DNA of 64,000 nucleotides from Mobula hypostoma. Taxonomy: Eukaryota. Shown here one piece after another: positions 63,625 to 64,000 of this stretch (the first letter of the stretch is position 1; every line of letters starts with the position of its first letter). The stretch spans positions 69,752,001-69,816,000 of the forward strand of contig NC_086097.1 of the NCBI RefSeq assembly GCF_963921235.1, read 5' to 3'. Position numbers and translations under genes: made by a program. The notes under the pieces were generated by a model. That model saw nothing but the letters and a program-made list of their open reading frames with translations, had not been told where the DNA came from and did no database searches.

Positions 63625-64000
63625 CCAGCTAGGACACGACCCACCCAGCCAACAGACTTTTCGTCCCTCTTCCCTCCGGGAGAAGGTTCAGGAGCTTGAA
63701 GACTCGTATGGCCAGATTTGGGAACAGCTCCTTTCCAACTGTGATAAGACTGCTGAACGGATCTTGACCTAGATCTGGGCCGTACCCTCCAAATATCCGG
63801 ACCTGCCTCTCGGATTTTTTGCACTACCTTACTTCCCATTTTTCTATTTTCTATTTATGATTTATAATTTAAATTTTTAATATTTACTAATTTTAACTAT
63901 TTTTAATATCTTTAATATTTAATATTGTAATCCAGGGAGTGTGAAGCTCAGAATCAAATATCGCTGTGATGATTGTACGTTCTAGTACCAATTGTTTGGC
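63625..64000 (+). mobile_element. Young Rex1/Babar-like LINE 3' end (runs off the window)
   Basis: Encodes LPSGRRFRSLKTRMARFGNSSFPTVIRLLN followed by an AT-rich 3' UTR; reverse complement of 25145-25459. Confidence 0.85.

Noticed and set aside
1..64000. Prokaryote-type systems (CRISPR array, operon, defence island)
   Set aside because: No regularly spaced repeat-spacer array and no dense ORF structure; the sequence is a spliced vertebrate gene with TE-rich introns.

Overview
Vertebrate genomic DNA, most likely from a cartilaginous fish such as a ray; this is inferred from the CR1, Penelope, Rex1 and V-SINE repeat content, not proven. The window is the middle of a + strand STRN3 (striatin-3/SG2NA) gene. 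Seven GT-AG exons, equivalent to human exons 3-9, splice into one open frame. Exons 1-2 and the WD40 exons lie outside the window. The introns are dense with decayed transposons: CR1, Rex1/Babar and Tx1/L1 LINEs, Penelope-like elements, two Tc1 copies, a Tigger/pogo derivative, tRNA-SINEs and a possible LTR. Most listed ORFs are TE remnants or noise. I found no new protein-coding system. The best leads are non-coding: a Penelope-derived palindrome just downstream of exon 4 with an intact minimal hammerhead ribozyme motif on the pre-mRNA strand; an RBFOX/QKI motif cluster around cassette exon 8; an inverted LINE pair bracketing exons 4-9; and several repair or insertion scars. Exon boundaries were read at base level, while most TE boundaries are approximate.
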